A DNA stretch of 22,300 bases from Nitrososphaerota archaeon (GCA_028867755.1 JAGWFT010000004.1:1-22300), one strand, 5' to 3'. Shown: positions 8,829 through 17,416, numbered from the stretch's first letter. Numbers and translations are program-made. The notes: generated by a model not told the origin, from the sequence alone.

Positions 8829-10328
8829 TTATTTTTCCCTAACTTCAATTGGATTTTCTTCGTAGTTTACCCCCAAGTTAGTATAAGGATAAGATGAAAG
8901 ATTGTATTTCTTGTCATTAGTAAACGTGGCAACAGTCTTTGAGCCATTATATAGCTGTCCAAATTGTTTTCCTTTACCAATTTCTACCAGCATATAGTGC
9001 TCATCTGCAATCAACACAACTTTGTGGGTAGTAATTGGTTGAAAGAGGACTGCAGTATAGTCTACCAATACATTTTGTTTGTGAAATACATGACTAAATA
9101 TCCACGAATAACTCGGGCTTGCAAGAATTGTGGTATCATTACCATCTACATGTTGCAAGACAAAGGAGGTTGTTTGGAACTGGCTTGATGTCATGTTTGT
9201 ATTTATGATCAATAAAGTGCTTGCAAGACCAAATACGCCTATACTGAAAACTACAACTGCCAAGTTTCTTCGTAGGTTTTCTTTTTTTGTTTTCTCGAGA
9301 ACTTTGACAATAAAAAGTGATGTCGATATGCAGAATACAGGCAAGACTGGAATCCAATAAAAATATTGGTTGTAGCCTATGGCAAGAAGAAATATCATGA
9401 AAGGCACAAACCACATCAAAATAAAATAATCTCGTCTTGCAATACTAAAAGCAATTCCTGTAATTCCTAAAACAAACAAGACAGGATCCATTTTTAGGAA
9501 CAAGTATGATATGTATGGCAAGCCATAGCTGTGCCTTTCTGCTTGTCCAAGGACATCTTTAACCCAGAGATCAAACTGTCCAGATTCTACGCTCTGAAGA
9601 GGCCAGATAAGAGATATTAGAATTACCGGAACCAGTAAAAGCCCTACAAGTTTTAGCTTTTTTCCGTTGTTAAAGTATATCAGACCTGCAACGAGCGGTA
9701 TGATGGCAGATGCTGGAATTTTGGTAAATATTGCCAACCCAAGGCAGATTCCTGAAAGTAGCACCATCAGGTTTTTGTGATTAGAGTCTTTAGAGTGCAG
9801 AGACAAAAATATAGACATCAAAAGAAATGGTAGCAATATAGAATCAAGAAGAATTTCTCTTACAAGCCAAGTAATTGGCATAACTGCAAATAACATGGAG
9901 GAAATTAGTGCAACTTTTCTACCGTAGAGACTTTCTGCAATCTTGTAAATTAGAAATGTGTCAACTATTGCAAGTATTCCCATAATTATTCGTGGTGCAA
10001 GATACAGAGTAGCAATAGAACCAGTGGTCGCCAATGGATGAAGAGAGTTTGGAAATCCAATCAGGCCCAGAGTGGATGCCAAGAAAATTTGGCCAAAGAA
10101 TGGATGATCATGATAAAATGATTCTTGTGGTCCAAAACCGTCCAATACATTCATGGCTCTTCTCATATACACACCTTCATCAAAGAAAATTGCTGGAAAT
10201 CCTGCAGCGTTCCAAATATGAGTGGCCCCTGATAGTATCAGCAATCCTAAAAGGAGATAATTGGCCCTGGGACTAATCCTATAGAACGCCACTTTAAATT
10301 TTGGTCTAGTGCTAGAATTGTTTTTCAT
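8829..10328 (-). CDS. GT-C fold membrane glycosyltransferase (PMT_2/ArnT-like, GT39/GT83-type)
   Basis: Multi-pass membrane protein with DEGVY in the first loop, DHPFFGQ, REILLD, GICLGLAIFTK and YFYWIPVLPVF, then a soluble C-terminal domain. Confidence 0.88.
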   Translation of the reverse strand: MKNNSSTRPKFKVAFYRISPRANYLLLGLLILSGATHIWNAAGFPAIFFDEGVYMRRAMNVLDGFGPQESFYHDHPFFGQIFLASTLGLIGFPNSLHPLATTGSIATLYLAPRIIMGILAIVDTFLIYKIAESLYGRKVALISSMLFAVMPITWLVREILLDSILLPFLLMSIFLSLHSKDSNHKNLMVLLSGICLGLAIFTKIPASAIIPLVAGLIYFNNGKKLKLVGLLLVPVILISLIWPLQSVESGQFDLWVKDVLGQAERHSYGLPYISYLFLKMDPVLFVLGITGIAFSIARRDYFILMWFVPFMIFLLAIGYNQYFYWIPVLPVFCISTSLFIVKVLEKTKKENLRRNLAVVVFSIGVFGLASTLLIINTNMTSSQFQTTSFVLQHVDGNDTTILASPSYSWIFSHVFHKQNVLVDYTAVLFQPITTHKVVLIADEHYMLVEIGKGKQFGQLYNGSKTVATFTNDKKYNLSSYPYTNLGVNYEENPIEVREK

Positions 10329-10428
10329 TTCATGTATAATAGAGGGAGTATTTTTCTGTCAAGTTGTTATCCTTAATGTATAGGATTGAATAAATGTCTG
10401 CATTACATTTTCTTCCTATATTCATTTA

Positions 10429-10499
10429 ATTTCCATAAACAAGTGAACGGTACAAAATATTTCCATAAAATACCTACCAAGGATTTATCAACGTACCGT
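10429..10499 (+). promoter_or_regulatory. Promoter of the small two-gene operon, with direct and inverted repeats
   Basis: ATTTCCATAAA at 10429-10439 and 10459-10469. Inverted pair ACGGTAC (10447-10453) / GTACCGT (10493-10499) flanks a TATA-like TTTAT at 10484-10488, about 25 nt before GTG 10513. Confidence 0.45.
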
Positions 10500-10512
10500 A
10501 CAATTTACACAT

Positions 10513-10671
10513 GTGCCAAGAAAAGAGTACAAGACAATCACAGTAAAAAACGAGTCCTATGAGAAGTTCAAAAAAGTTGCCAAGGAAGCAAAGAAGAAAG
10601 ACAAGTCTCTTGATAACAGCACGTTTTTGGAATTACTCATGAATCAGCACCAGAGGTCCAAAAGACGATGA
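10513..10671 (+). CDS. Putative ribbon-helix-helix (antitoxin/CopG-like) DNA-binding protein, 52 aa
   Basis: Not in the ORF track. GTG start, MPRKEYKTITVKNESYEKFKKVAKEAKKKDKSLDNSTFLELLMNQHQRSKRR. KTITV strand plus two helices; stop overlaps the next start (ATGA 10668-10671). Confidence 0.65.
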   Translation: MPRKEYKTITVKNESYEKFKKVAKEAKKKDKSLDNSTFLELLMNQHQRSKRR

Positions 10672-10880
10672 CAGGTGAGCAGAAAAAACCTACAATGAAA
10701 GACATGCGGGAGTACATTGACAAAATTCTAGTTCCCTTGGGGCAGATGCCAGACAAAACAAACATGAATTATGAGCAAGTACGAGAATTTTATTCAGATC
10801 TAGCTGCAGCTGATAGAACATTCAAAGATCTTGTTCAAGTCGCAATTTTCAAAAGAGATGTAGAGAGCGAAAAAAAATAG
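10668..10880 (+). CDS. Hypothetical 70-aa helical protein, translationally coupled to the RHH gene
   Basis: ORF with ATGA overlap to the upstream gene. No family recognised. Confidence 0.65.
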   Translation: MTGEQKKPTMKDMREYIDKILVPLGQMPDKTNMNYEQVREFYSDLAAADRTFKDLVQVAIFKRDVESEKK

Positions 10881-10951
10881 AGGCAGTAGCATTCTTGTAT
10901 GGATGTATCATAGTTTTACTGGTCTACAATCAAAATAAAAAAGAAAAGAGT

Positions 10952-11956
10952 TTACTCTGAAGTTGTTGTTCCAGAGTTTGAGGAAGATGTGCCACTTCCT
11001 GAGCTTGTGCCGTGTCCGTTAAGGCCGTGCCATATCTGATTTATTATTCCCTGTGCATTATGCAAGTTATTCCAGACATCTGTTGACTGAGTACCTTGGT
11101 ACTGTCCTGTCCCTACGGCGCTCAACGTATTTTGAGCATTAGTAAGGTCAGTCTGTACTTGACTTATCTGAGTACTATACTGTCCAGAATTTTGGTTTGC
11201 CTTGATTGCTGTAAGGGCAGCTTGCTCTGCATTTAATGCAGACTGGGCAGCAAAGTGGAAGTTTGTGCCACTTTTGCAACCATCATACTGACAATAGCTT
11301 TGCAGTGCAGCCTTGAGTTGTGTCGAGTTTATTGCAGAAGATATTGATGCAACAAAGTTGCCAAGATTTGTCTGTGCCTGGCTTATTGTCTGGTTTAGCT
11401 GAGTCGTGTCAAATCCCCTCAAGTAAAGTTTGTGGGATCTGTTCTGTTCTTGCTGTATTCCAAACTGGAAAGATACAACTTTTGCTTGTGCAGACTGTTG
11501 TTCTGCTGCAAACATGCAGCTTTGCTCTACGGTTTCAAGACTTCTCATGTCAGTTCTTAGTTGTGATCTCTCATCCTTTGTGGGTGCTGATGCCTTTACT
11601 GCATGATTTAGATCAAGCCTTCCTGACTTGAAATCAGCCCTGAGTGTTGGTATGTCTGTTTTGAACTGGGTCTTGTTTCCATTGTTGGCGTCACTTGTCA
11701 CTGTCTGCAGATCAGTTGTTATTTTAGAAGAATCTGCACTGATTGCTGTACTGTTGATAGTTGGTATGACGCTAATTGCATCTCCAATATATCCAGTAAG
11801 ATAGTTTGCCTTACATGTTACTTGTGCAAGGGTTGCATTCATGTAGGATTGTTGCACGGTAGTTGTGCTTTGCGTAGAGGTTTGCGCAAATGCGACTGCC
11901 GGAATAAGCAACAAGGCACATGCCATCAACGCGGCGTATTGCATTTTTGTATGCAT
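10952..11956 (-). CDS. Secreted Gln/Thr/Ser-rich helical protein of unknown function (334 aa)
   Basis: Signal peptide ending AVAFA/Q, four Cys in the mature part including YCQYDGCK, Ser/Gly/Thr tail, TATA box 21-28 nt upstream. Confidence 0.85.
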   Translation of the reverse strand: MHTKMQYAALMACALLLIPAVAFAQTSTQSTTTVQQSYMNATLAQVTCKANYLTGYIGDAISVIPTINSTAISADSSKITTDLQTVTSDANNGNKTQFKTDIPTLRADFKSGRLDLNHAVKASAPTKDERSQLRTDMRSLETVEQSCMFAAEQQSAQAKVVSFQFGIQQEQNRSHKLYLRGFDTTQLNQTISQAQTNLGNFVASISSAINSTQLKAALQSYCQYDGCKSGTNFHFAAQSALNAEQAALTAIKANQNSGQYSTQISQVQTDLTNAQNTLSAVGTGQYQGTQSTDVWNNLHNAQGIINQIWHGLNGHGTSSGSGTSSSNSGTTTSE

Positions 11957-11976
11957 GAACGAATTAGAAGATTTTT

Positions 11977-11995
11977 TTTATAAAGAATTGCGTAG
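11977..11995 (-). promoter_or_regulatory. TATA box TTTATAAA with an upstream CTACGC element
   Basis: Minus strand reads CTACGC-AATTC-TTTATAAA, with the TATA 21-28 nt before ATG 11956 (leaderless geometry). Confidence 0.6.
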
Positions 11996-12029
11996 CTTTA
12001 CTACTTAACAATGTTAGTGGAGATTTTCA

Positions 12030-12047
12030 TTTGGTGTTCTCACCAAA
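12030..12047. promoter_or_regulatory. Inverted repeat TTTGGTG-TTCT-CACCAAA
   Basis: Perfect 7-bp arms with a 4-nt spacer, intergenic between the SPFH stop and the promoter of the 334-aa gene. Could be a TF site or a terminator element. Confidence 0.35.
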
Positions 12048-12160
12048 CTTTTAATTGACTACCAAACAATTTGTTGCAAACAGTTCTAGTCTCATCTTTT
12101 GAAATATTTTCTTTTCCAATATGTATGTAATATAATGTTACTTTTTTTCAGATCTTATTC

Positions 12161-13114
12161 TTATTTTGTTTTATCATCTTTTGGTTTTTGATTTTGAACT
12201 GCCTTTTTGGTGCTTTCAAGATATGCAATGGTAGTTCCCAGGTTTCCAAATCCCATGGAATTGAGTGATTCTGAAGGGACCATCACTATGGTGTTGCCTT
12301 GTACCTTTATTGACTCGTATAGCATGTTAGATTGTCTTAATGCGTAAGCAACTGGGTTTTCAGCATATACCTGCGCTGCTTCTTCGAATTTCTTTGCAAC
12401 TAACACTTCGGATTCTCCATATGTTACCCTTGCATTTTTTTCACGTTCTGCCTGTGCCTGCATCGACATTGCAGATTCTAGCTCTTGTGGTATTATGACC
12501 TGACGAATCTCAACACCTGTTACTTCAACACCCCAGTTACTTGCCTCACTTTCTATTACAGTTCTAATATGGGAATTGATGTCTTCCCTTTTTGAGAGTA
12601 TATCTTGGAATAATGATGAGCCTATATTGTTACGAAGTGTAGTCTGAGAGACTTGCTGTATCATTTGGTTAAAGTTTTCTACATTTAATATGGCATCTTT
12701 GGCGCGTTGTTCAATTATTTTGTAGCGAAGAATTGCGTCAATGGTTACCGGGACATTATCTTTTGTAAGCATCCTTTCTGCCTTGAATTCGCTTACCTTT
12801 TCTCGAACATCTACTACAAGAACATTATCTGCAAAAGGCAGTCGTGTCTGCACCCCTGGATTTGCTTGTCTGTTGTATTTTCCAAGGCGAAGTATTACTG
12901 CTCTTTCATATTGTTTTATTATCATTAGAAATGATGAAATAATAATTATGATTCCAGCAGATACTGCAAGATAGGTAATTGCATCATTATTATAGTAGAG
13001 GCCAATTCCAACACCAATTATTAGAATCATTATTCCCAATATGACATGAGATCCAGATCCCTTTTGGTTCACTAGTTTGTGCGCCAAGTCGTATGACAAG
13101 TATCCACTAGACAA
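12161..13114 (-). CDS. SPFH/Band-7 (stomatin-like) membrane protein
   Basis: N-terminal TM hairpin, QYERAVILRLGK, LTKDNVPVTIDA, QTTLRNNIG, WGVEVTGVEIRQV and MSMQAQAERE motifs. TTG start. Confidence 0.93.
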   Translation of the reverse strand: MSSGYLSYDLAHKLVNQKGSGSHVILGIMILIIGVGIGLYYNNDAITYLAVSAGIIIIISSFLMIIKQYERAVILRLGKYNRQANPGVQTRLPFADNVLVVDVREKVSEFKAERMLTKDNVPVTIDAILRYKIIEQRAKDAILNVENFNQMIQQVSQTTLRNNIGSSLFQDILSKREDINSHIRTVIESEASNWGVEVTGVEIRQVIIPQELESAMSMQAQAEREKNARVTYGESEVLVAKKFEEAAQVYAENPVAYALRQSNMLYESIKVQGNTIVMVPSESLNSMGFGNLGTTIAYLESTKKAVQNQKPKDDKTK

Positions 13115-13189
13115 TTTTTTCTACCTAATACTATTGAAGCGACAGTTAGATTTAAAGTCCTACTAGAGTGTTGGAGTGTTTTCTTGTGT

Positions 13190-13453
13190 CTAGTTGAAGA
13201 TTATCTTTTTTCTCCACCCAGAAACAAAGAGTGCTATTCCGCCACCAACTATTGCAAGCCCAGCATATGATAATGTGTGACCCATGCTTTGTAGTAGGTT
13301 TTCATTGCAATGACAGCTAAATGGCTTGCCTGACACTTGAGCAGGACAATGACACATGATATCAGAATACATACCATATCCCAGTATTGACATCAAAAGT
13401 CCCATGACAACAAGTATGGCACCAATAGTCTTCATTGGCATTAGAAACGTCAT
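13190..13453 (-). CDS. Small two-TM protein with a CHC-x11-CHC loop
   Basis: Two hydrophobic segments flank MCHCPAQVSGKPFSCHC; C-terminus is basic (WRKK). Confidence 0.75.
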   Translation of the reverse strand: MTFLMPMKTIGAILVVMGLLMSILGYGMYSDIMCHCPAQVSGKPFSCHCNENLLQSMGHTLSYAGLAIVGGGIALFVSGWRKKIIFN

Positions 13454-13512
13454 GATCGTTTAAAAAAATTCCTGTGTATCTTTTTTCTAAACTTTAATCA
13501 ATCTTTGTGCAG

Positions 13513-13668
13513 TTATGTGCCATATTGGATTGTTCCGCATAATACCATAAGTAACACATCTGTCATCATCAAGTCAGACTTGGTTTCTATCTTAGATTTG
13601 CTCTCATCTTTTACTATAACTGCATGAGACATTATGTCAGTATCAGCAAGCTCTAGCCCTCTTCCCAT
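13513..13668 (-). CDS. Possible 51-aa peptide with a hydrophobic C-terminus
   Basis: Not in the ORF track. MGRGLELADTDIMSHAVIVKDESKSKIETKSDLMMTDVLLMVLCGTIQYGT fills an otherwise empty 250-bp gap. Confidence 0.3.
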   Translation of the reverse strand: MGRGLELADTDIMSHAVIVKDESKSKIETKSDLMMTDVLLMVLCGTIQYGT

Positions 13669-13710
13669 GTGTGTAATATACCTATTTTGAGATAAAATGG
13701 TTGTTTAACT

Positions 13711-14016
13711 GTGTTAGTGCACATTGTTACTGAACAAGGAGTAGTAATTCTTTATAGATTAACAGACGTAGATCCTAGCGAAATGATGATAATTTCTGAC
13801 GAGGCGTTGTTTGAAGAAGTCTGGATCTCAAGTAATTATACTGCTGTTTTTTGTACAGAAGAGGAAAGACGAAGCTATCTTCGCTTTGTACAATCAAGAA
13901 AAGACATACCAAGAGGAATGAGCATTGTTGTCATCAAAAAGAAGCTGAACAGAAAATATACAAAAAGGGAGATAATGAATGCAACACCAGAACAGCTCAA
14001 AGCAATGACTAGCTGA
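13711..14016 (+). CDS. Hypothetical protein (101 aa)
   Basis: ORF with GTG start and no overlap with better-supported genes. No family recognised. Confidence 0.6.
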   Translation: MLVHIVTEQGVVILYRLTDVDPSEMMIISDEALFEEVWISSNYTAVFCTEEERRSYLRFVQSRKDIPRGMSIVVIKKKLNRKYTKREIMNATPEQLKAMTS

Positions 14017-14048
14017 TTATAACACGTTTGAATTAATGTAATTTTTGT

Positions 14049-14162
14049 TTAATTTCCATTTTGTTTAAATTGTTTTTTACAAGCTGGACATCTCGGACCA
14101 TAATCCCTATCTTTACTTACTATGATTTTCTTGCATCCAAGACAATAATAGTAATTGGTCAT
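14049..14162 (-). CDS. 37-aa zinc-ribbon microprotein (CxxC-x14-CxxC)
   Basis: Not in the ORF track. ATG 14162 to TAA 14049 gives MTNYYYCLGCKKIIVSKDRDYGPRCPACKKQFKQNGN. Confidence 0.65.
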   Translation of the reverse strand: MTNYYYCLGCKKIIVSKDRDYGPRCPACKKQFKQNGN

Positions 14163-14228
14163 TTCTGTAAAATTGTATTCTTTACCTTTATTTCTTATCC
14201 TTTTCGTTATAAGATTACTGTAGAGTTT

Positions 14229-15335
14229 TCATGGTATCGTTGTGGAATTTCCAAGATCTATTGATACTGCAGTCTCGTTTTCTGGAATTGCTGATGCCAT
14301 TATTTGTATGTGCATGGTATCTTTGTATTTCCAGTTCAGATCTTCTGGTAGTGCTATTGTTTTAAAATTGGGTGTTGATACATTGCTGATTGGCAATAAG
14401 ATGTTTAGATTGTCACTCTTGGTACACGAGTCACCATCACAGATGTTGTAGCCAAGTAGATAGGCAGTATAGTTTGAGGTTATCTTGAGATTAAACATGT
14501 TAAGAGGACAGGTGCCAACGCCACAAGGTCCTCCGCCATAGTAAATTATCAGCCCTGCTATTCCAAATGGGTTGGTTTTGGCATTTGATGCATGGTTTGA
14601 CTGGGCTGATTCAAATTTTGACCATCCCTTTTCCATTAGAGTTTTGACAGAAGACGGTCTCACACAAGCAGGAGAGCCGTCTTCAGATCTTATTGTAAGT
14701 GCATAGTTTGCAGGACATTTTACGTCTGTTACTGTAATTCCTGTCTTGAATTGTTCTAGTGGTGATTCGTTTATCATAATGGTTTGTGGATTTGTTTCTG
14801 TGTTGTTACCGTATATTGTAAAAGAAAACGATTTTGAAACAGTCTTTTGAATTTCGGATAAATTTGGGTCTGTTTGATTCTTTATAGAATATAGGAATGT
14901 TACTGTAGCATTTACAGTTCCAGCCCCTGTTGCCCTATAAACAAGATTTTGGCTGGGGCTTGTTGCAGTAGTTTTTTCTCCAGGATTTATTTTTTGTAGT
15001 ATGGCCATAGCATTACATATTTTATTTGTAATATTTACTGCAACATTGTTATCAAAAGTTACAGAAAATGGCGCTTCACAGACACCGCTTACGACAAATA
15101 TCTGGTCTGTTGAATTGTTGACAAGCATTGCATAAACTGTTAGTGTGTCTCCAACTTTAACAGTAGACGGTTGCACGTGTATATCTTGAATCTGGATATC
15201 ACTTGCATTATCTGCTTGAATCGGTTGAGACGTCGGTATGAGCGGGCAATAAGTGCAAGCAGATGCGCTTCCTACACTAGCAAAACTAGTCCCTACTGCA
15301 AGAATTGCAATTATTGAGAAAATCAGAGTTTTCAT
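14229..15335 (-). CDS. Secreted sequon-rich protein with a central PLEQFKTG...DGSPACV module (368 aa)
   Basis: Signal peptide, many N-x-S/T sequons, Cys pairs. Start overlaps the upstream stop (ATGA 15335-15332). Confidence 0.85.
   Translation of the reverse strand: MKTLIFSIIAILAVGTSFASVGSASACTYCPLIPTSQPIQADNASDIQIQDIHVQPSTVKVGDTLTVYAMLVNNSTDQIFVVSGVCEAPFSVTFDNNVAVNITNKICNAMAILQKINPGEKTTATSPSQNLVYRATGAGTVNATVTFLYSIKNQTDPNLSEIQKTVSKSFSFTIYGNNTETNPQTIMINESPLEQFKTGITVTDVKCPANYALTIRSEDGSPACVRPSSVKTLMEKGWSKFESAQSNHASNAKTNPFGIAGLIIYYGGGPCGVGTCPLNMFNLKITSNYTAYLLGYNICDGDSCTKSDNLNILLPISNVSTPNFKTIALPEDLNWKYKDTMHIQIMASAIPENETAVSIDLGNSTTIP
14738..14764. repeat. 27-bp exact repeat, copy 1 (copy 2 at 16537-16563)
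   Basis: TTCCTGTCTTGAATTGTTCTAGTGGTG is identical in both genes and encodes PLEQFKTG on the minus strand. Confidence 0.85.
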
Positions 15336-16831
15336 TTCTTACCCGTGCAATCTGTAACTGTAAGTATAATGTCTTGTCCTCCTGTGCAAATTCCTGGCGG
15401 AAGATGTACCCAGTATGTTCCATGAGAGGCATCTTTTGATGCAGCAAAATTTATTGTAACAAAGGCTGAACTGTTCTTTGACATAGTTTCAGATGTTGGA
15501 TGAACAGAGACATATAATCCTGGATGATTGTTCATTCCCGCATCATGCATAAAGCTCAGACCATTTGTTACGTTGATTTCATTTGAATGTAGAGTATCTC
15601 CCCAATTGTAAATAGAGTCTATTGAGATTTGGTATACTATTGTACCGTTGTGTCCTGGCTCCAAGACAAAGTTTTGCGTACCTGGGAATTTAGTATAGTT
15701 GTATATGCCGTAAAATCCAGTGGAGTTGAGAATTTGTGCCGATGACTGGAAATTCATTACAGGGCATAGAGGTGCACCTGGAGGTCCTGCTATTGCATAC
15801 TGATCTTGTATGTTTGAAACACATGAGGGAATAATATTTAGTATATGATCTACAACATTCAAGCTAGTCGAGTTTGCAACTGTAAAATGCCGTATTGCAA
15901 TATGACCCCACTCGTCGCCTCCCACAATAGTATATGCTCCAGGTGTGAATTGTTCCAAGCCTTGCTTGTCATAAAGACCTGCAATTGAGAGACTGAAATT
16001 CATCTCTTTTGTAAAGTTTCCATTTCCGGTATCAAGTGTTGCAATGTCACTTGAAGGCTCAAAGGCATAGCTGTTGGCTGACATATACATGAGCATTGGA
16101 CACATGTACGTGCCATTTTGATAAATTCCAAGATGTTTTGCTTGTGTCATGTTGCTCTGCAAATAATTTCCTTGCAGTAACACAACTCCAAAAGGCATTG
16201 CAGGTGTACATGGTGTCAAGCCCAGCCCTTCAAGTGGCCAGTTATTTTGTGAGTTTAATGTAAGGTTGGCAGGAAGTGTGTTCTTTACTGCAATGTTTAT
16301 TCCTATAGTTTTTCCTAGTCCTATTACAGTAGAGTTTTCTGAGAGCAAGAGATGCAGTGCATTTGAGGCATTTGCAAGGATAGATTGTTTTATTGATACG
16401 CTCGGAATGATTTGTGTTGCCCAGCCTCTTTGCACAAGTTTTGCAGTATATTCTGGCTTGACACATGCTGGAGAACCATCTTCTGCCTTGAAGACTAGTT
16501 GTAGGCCATCATTGCATTTTACATCACTTGCAGCGGTTCCTGTCTTGAATTGTTCTAGTGGTGGCAGTAGAGTTTGATTTTTTATGTCATCAAACATTGG
16601 AGGTGGACCCGGAGGAAGGTAATTACCAGCAACAGGTGTACCTGTTTCATAATGTATTGTTAGCTTGCTGCCATTTTCAGTGTGCGTTTGAAGCGGTGTT
16701 ATCCATCCCCCATCTGATGTTCTAATTGCATTTGGTGGTATTTGGTCTGTGTTATTTTGCGCAAAAGCATTTGTCATCATTAATAGATACAGTGCAAAAA
16801 TCACAATTATGGTAAAGTTCAAAGATTTCAT
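15332..16831 (-). CDS. Secreted sequon-rich protein with an N-proximal PLEQFKTG...DGSPACV module (499 aa)
   Basis: Signal peptide ending NAFA/Q, dense N-x-S/T sequons, beta-rich domains such as PGAYTIVGGDEWG. First gene of a two-gene operon. Confidence 0.87.
   Translation of the reverse strand: MKSLNFTIIVIFALYLLMMTNAFAQNNTDQIPPNAIRTSDGGWITPLQTHTENGSKLTIHYETGTPVAGNYLPPGPPPMFDDIKNQTLLPPLEQFKTGTAASDVKCNDGLQLVFKAEDGSPACVKPEYTAKLVQRGWATQIIPSVSIKQSILANASNALHLLLSENSTVIGLGKTIGINIAVKNTLPANLTLNSQNNWPLEGLGLTPCTPAMPFGVVLLQGNYLQSNMTQAKHLGIYQNGTYMCPMLMYMSANSYAFEPSSDIATLDTGNGNFTKEMNFSLSIAGLYDKQGLEQFTPGAYTIVGGDEWGHIAIRHFTVANSTSLNVVDHILNIIPSCVSNIQDQYAIAGPPGAPLCPVMNFQSSAQILNSTGFYGIYNYTKFPGTQNFVLEPGHNGTIVYQISIDSIYNWGDTLHSNEINVTNGLSFMHDAGMNNHPGLYVSVHPTSETMSKNSSAFVTINFAASKDASHGTYWVHLPPGICTGGQDIILTVTDCTGKK
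16537..16563. repeat. 27-bp exact repeat, copy 2
   Basis: Identical to 14738-14764. Confidence 0.85.
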
Positions 16832-16932
16832 TGTTTGATAGGTACGGGACGGTTATGGTTTAAAAAAGTGGCGTAACTTTCCTCCATGATTTGTTGAAGA
16901 ATCTTTAAGATCAATACTAGTGATACAATGTT

Positions 16933-17382
16933 GTGAAAAATGTAGAGGTAAGAAAGGCAGTTGCTAAAGACATTCCTACAATACTAGAGCTTCTCTATAC
17001 TCTTGATAGGCCAAGGCCAAAAACAGGTGCTGAGAAAATAAAATTTCAAAAACTAGTCTCAGGATACACGTCTGACAAAGACTGTGCAATCTTGGTAGCT
17101 GAACTAAACTCTGACATTGCTGGAGTAGTAACTATTTCCTTCATGACGCGACTCAATCATACTGAACCAGAGATGTACATCCCGGAATTAATTGTAAAAG
17201 AAAAATACAGGAAACTAGGCATAGGAAGATCTCTCATAAATGCATGTGTGGAGATTGCAAGAAAGAAAAAATGCTATAGAATTAGGCTTGATTCTGCGCA
17301 TCATAGAAAAGAAGCCCATCTATTCTACAAGAGTTTGGGATTTGACCAGTCTGCTTTGACATTTACCAAAAATACACTGTAA
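16933..17382 (+). CDS. GNAT-family N-acetyltransferase
   Basis: VRKAVAKDIPTILELL, ELIVKEKYRKLGIGRSLI (motif A) and EAHLFYKSLGF (motif B). Confidence 0.92.
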   Translation: MKNVEVRKAVAKDIPTILELLYTLDRPRPKTGAEKIKFQKLVSGYTSDKDCAILVAELNSDIAGVVTISFMTRLNHTEPEMYIPELIVKEKYRKLGIGRSLINACVEIARKKKCYRIRLDSAHHRKEAHLFYKSLGFDQSALTFTKNTL

Positions 17383-17416
17383 CTTAGATAAAACTTTCAA
17401 AAACCTTGGAATCAAG

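Noticed and set aside
10952-11956. Higher GC in this gene (and in 18460-19530) as proof of horizontal transfer
   Set aside because: GC was only estimated by eye from a few lines, and Ala/Thr/Gln/Gly-rich composition raises GC by itself.
14061-14264. Track ORF of 67 aa on the plus strand
   Set aside because: It is antisense to the 37-aa Zn-ribbon ORF and has no motif.
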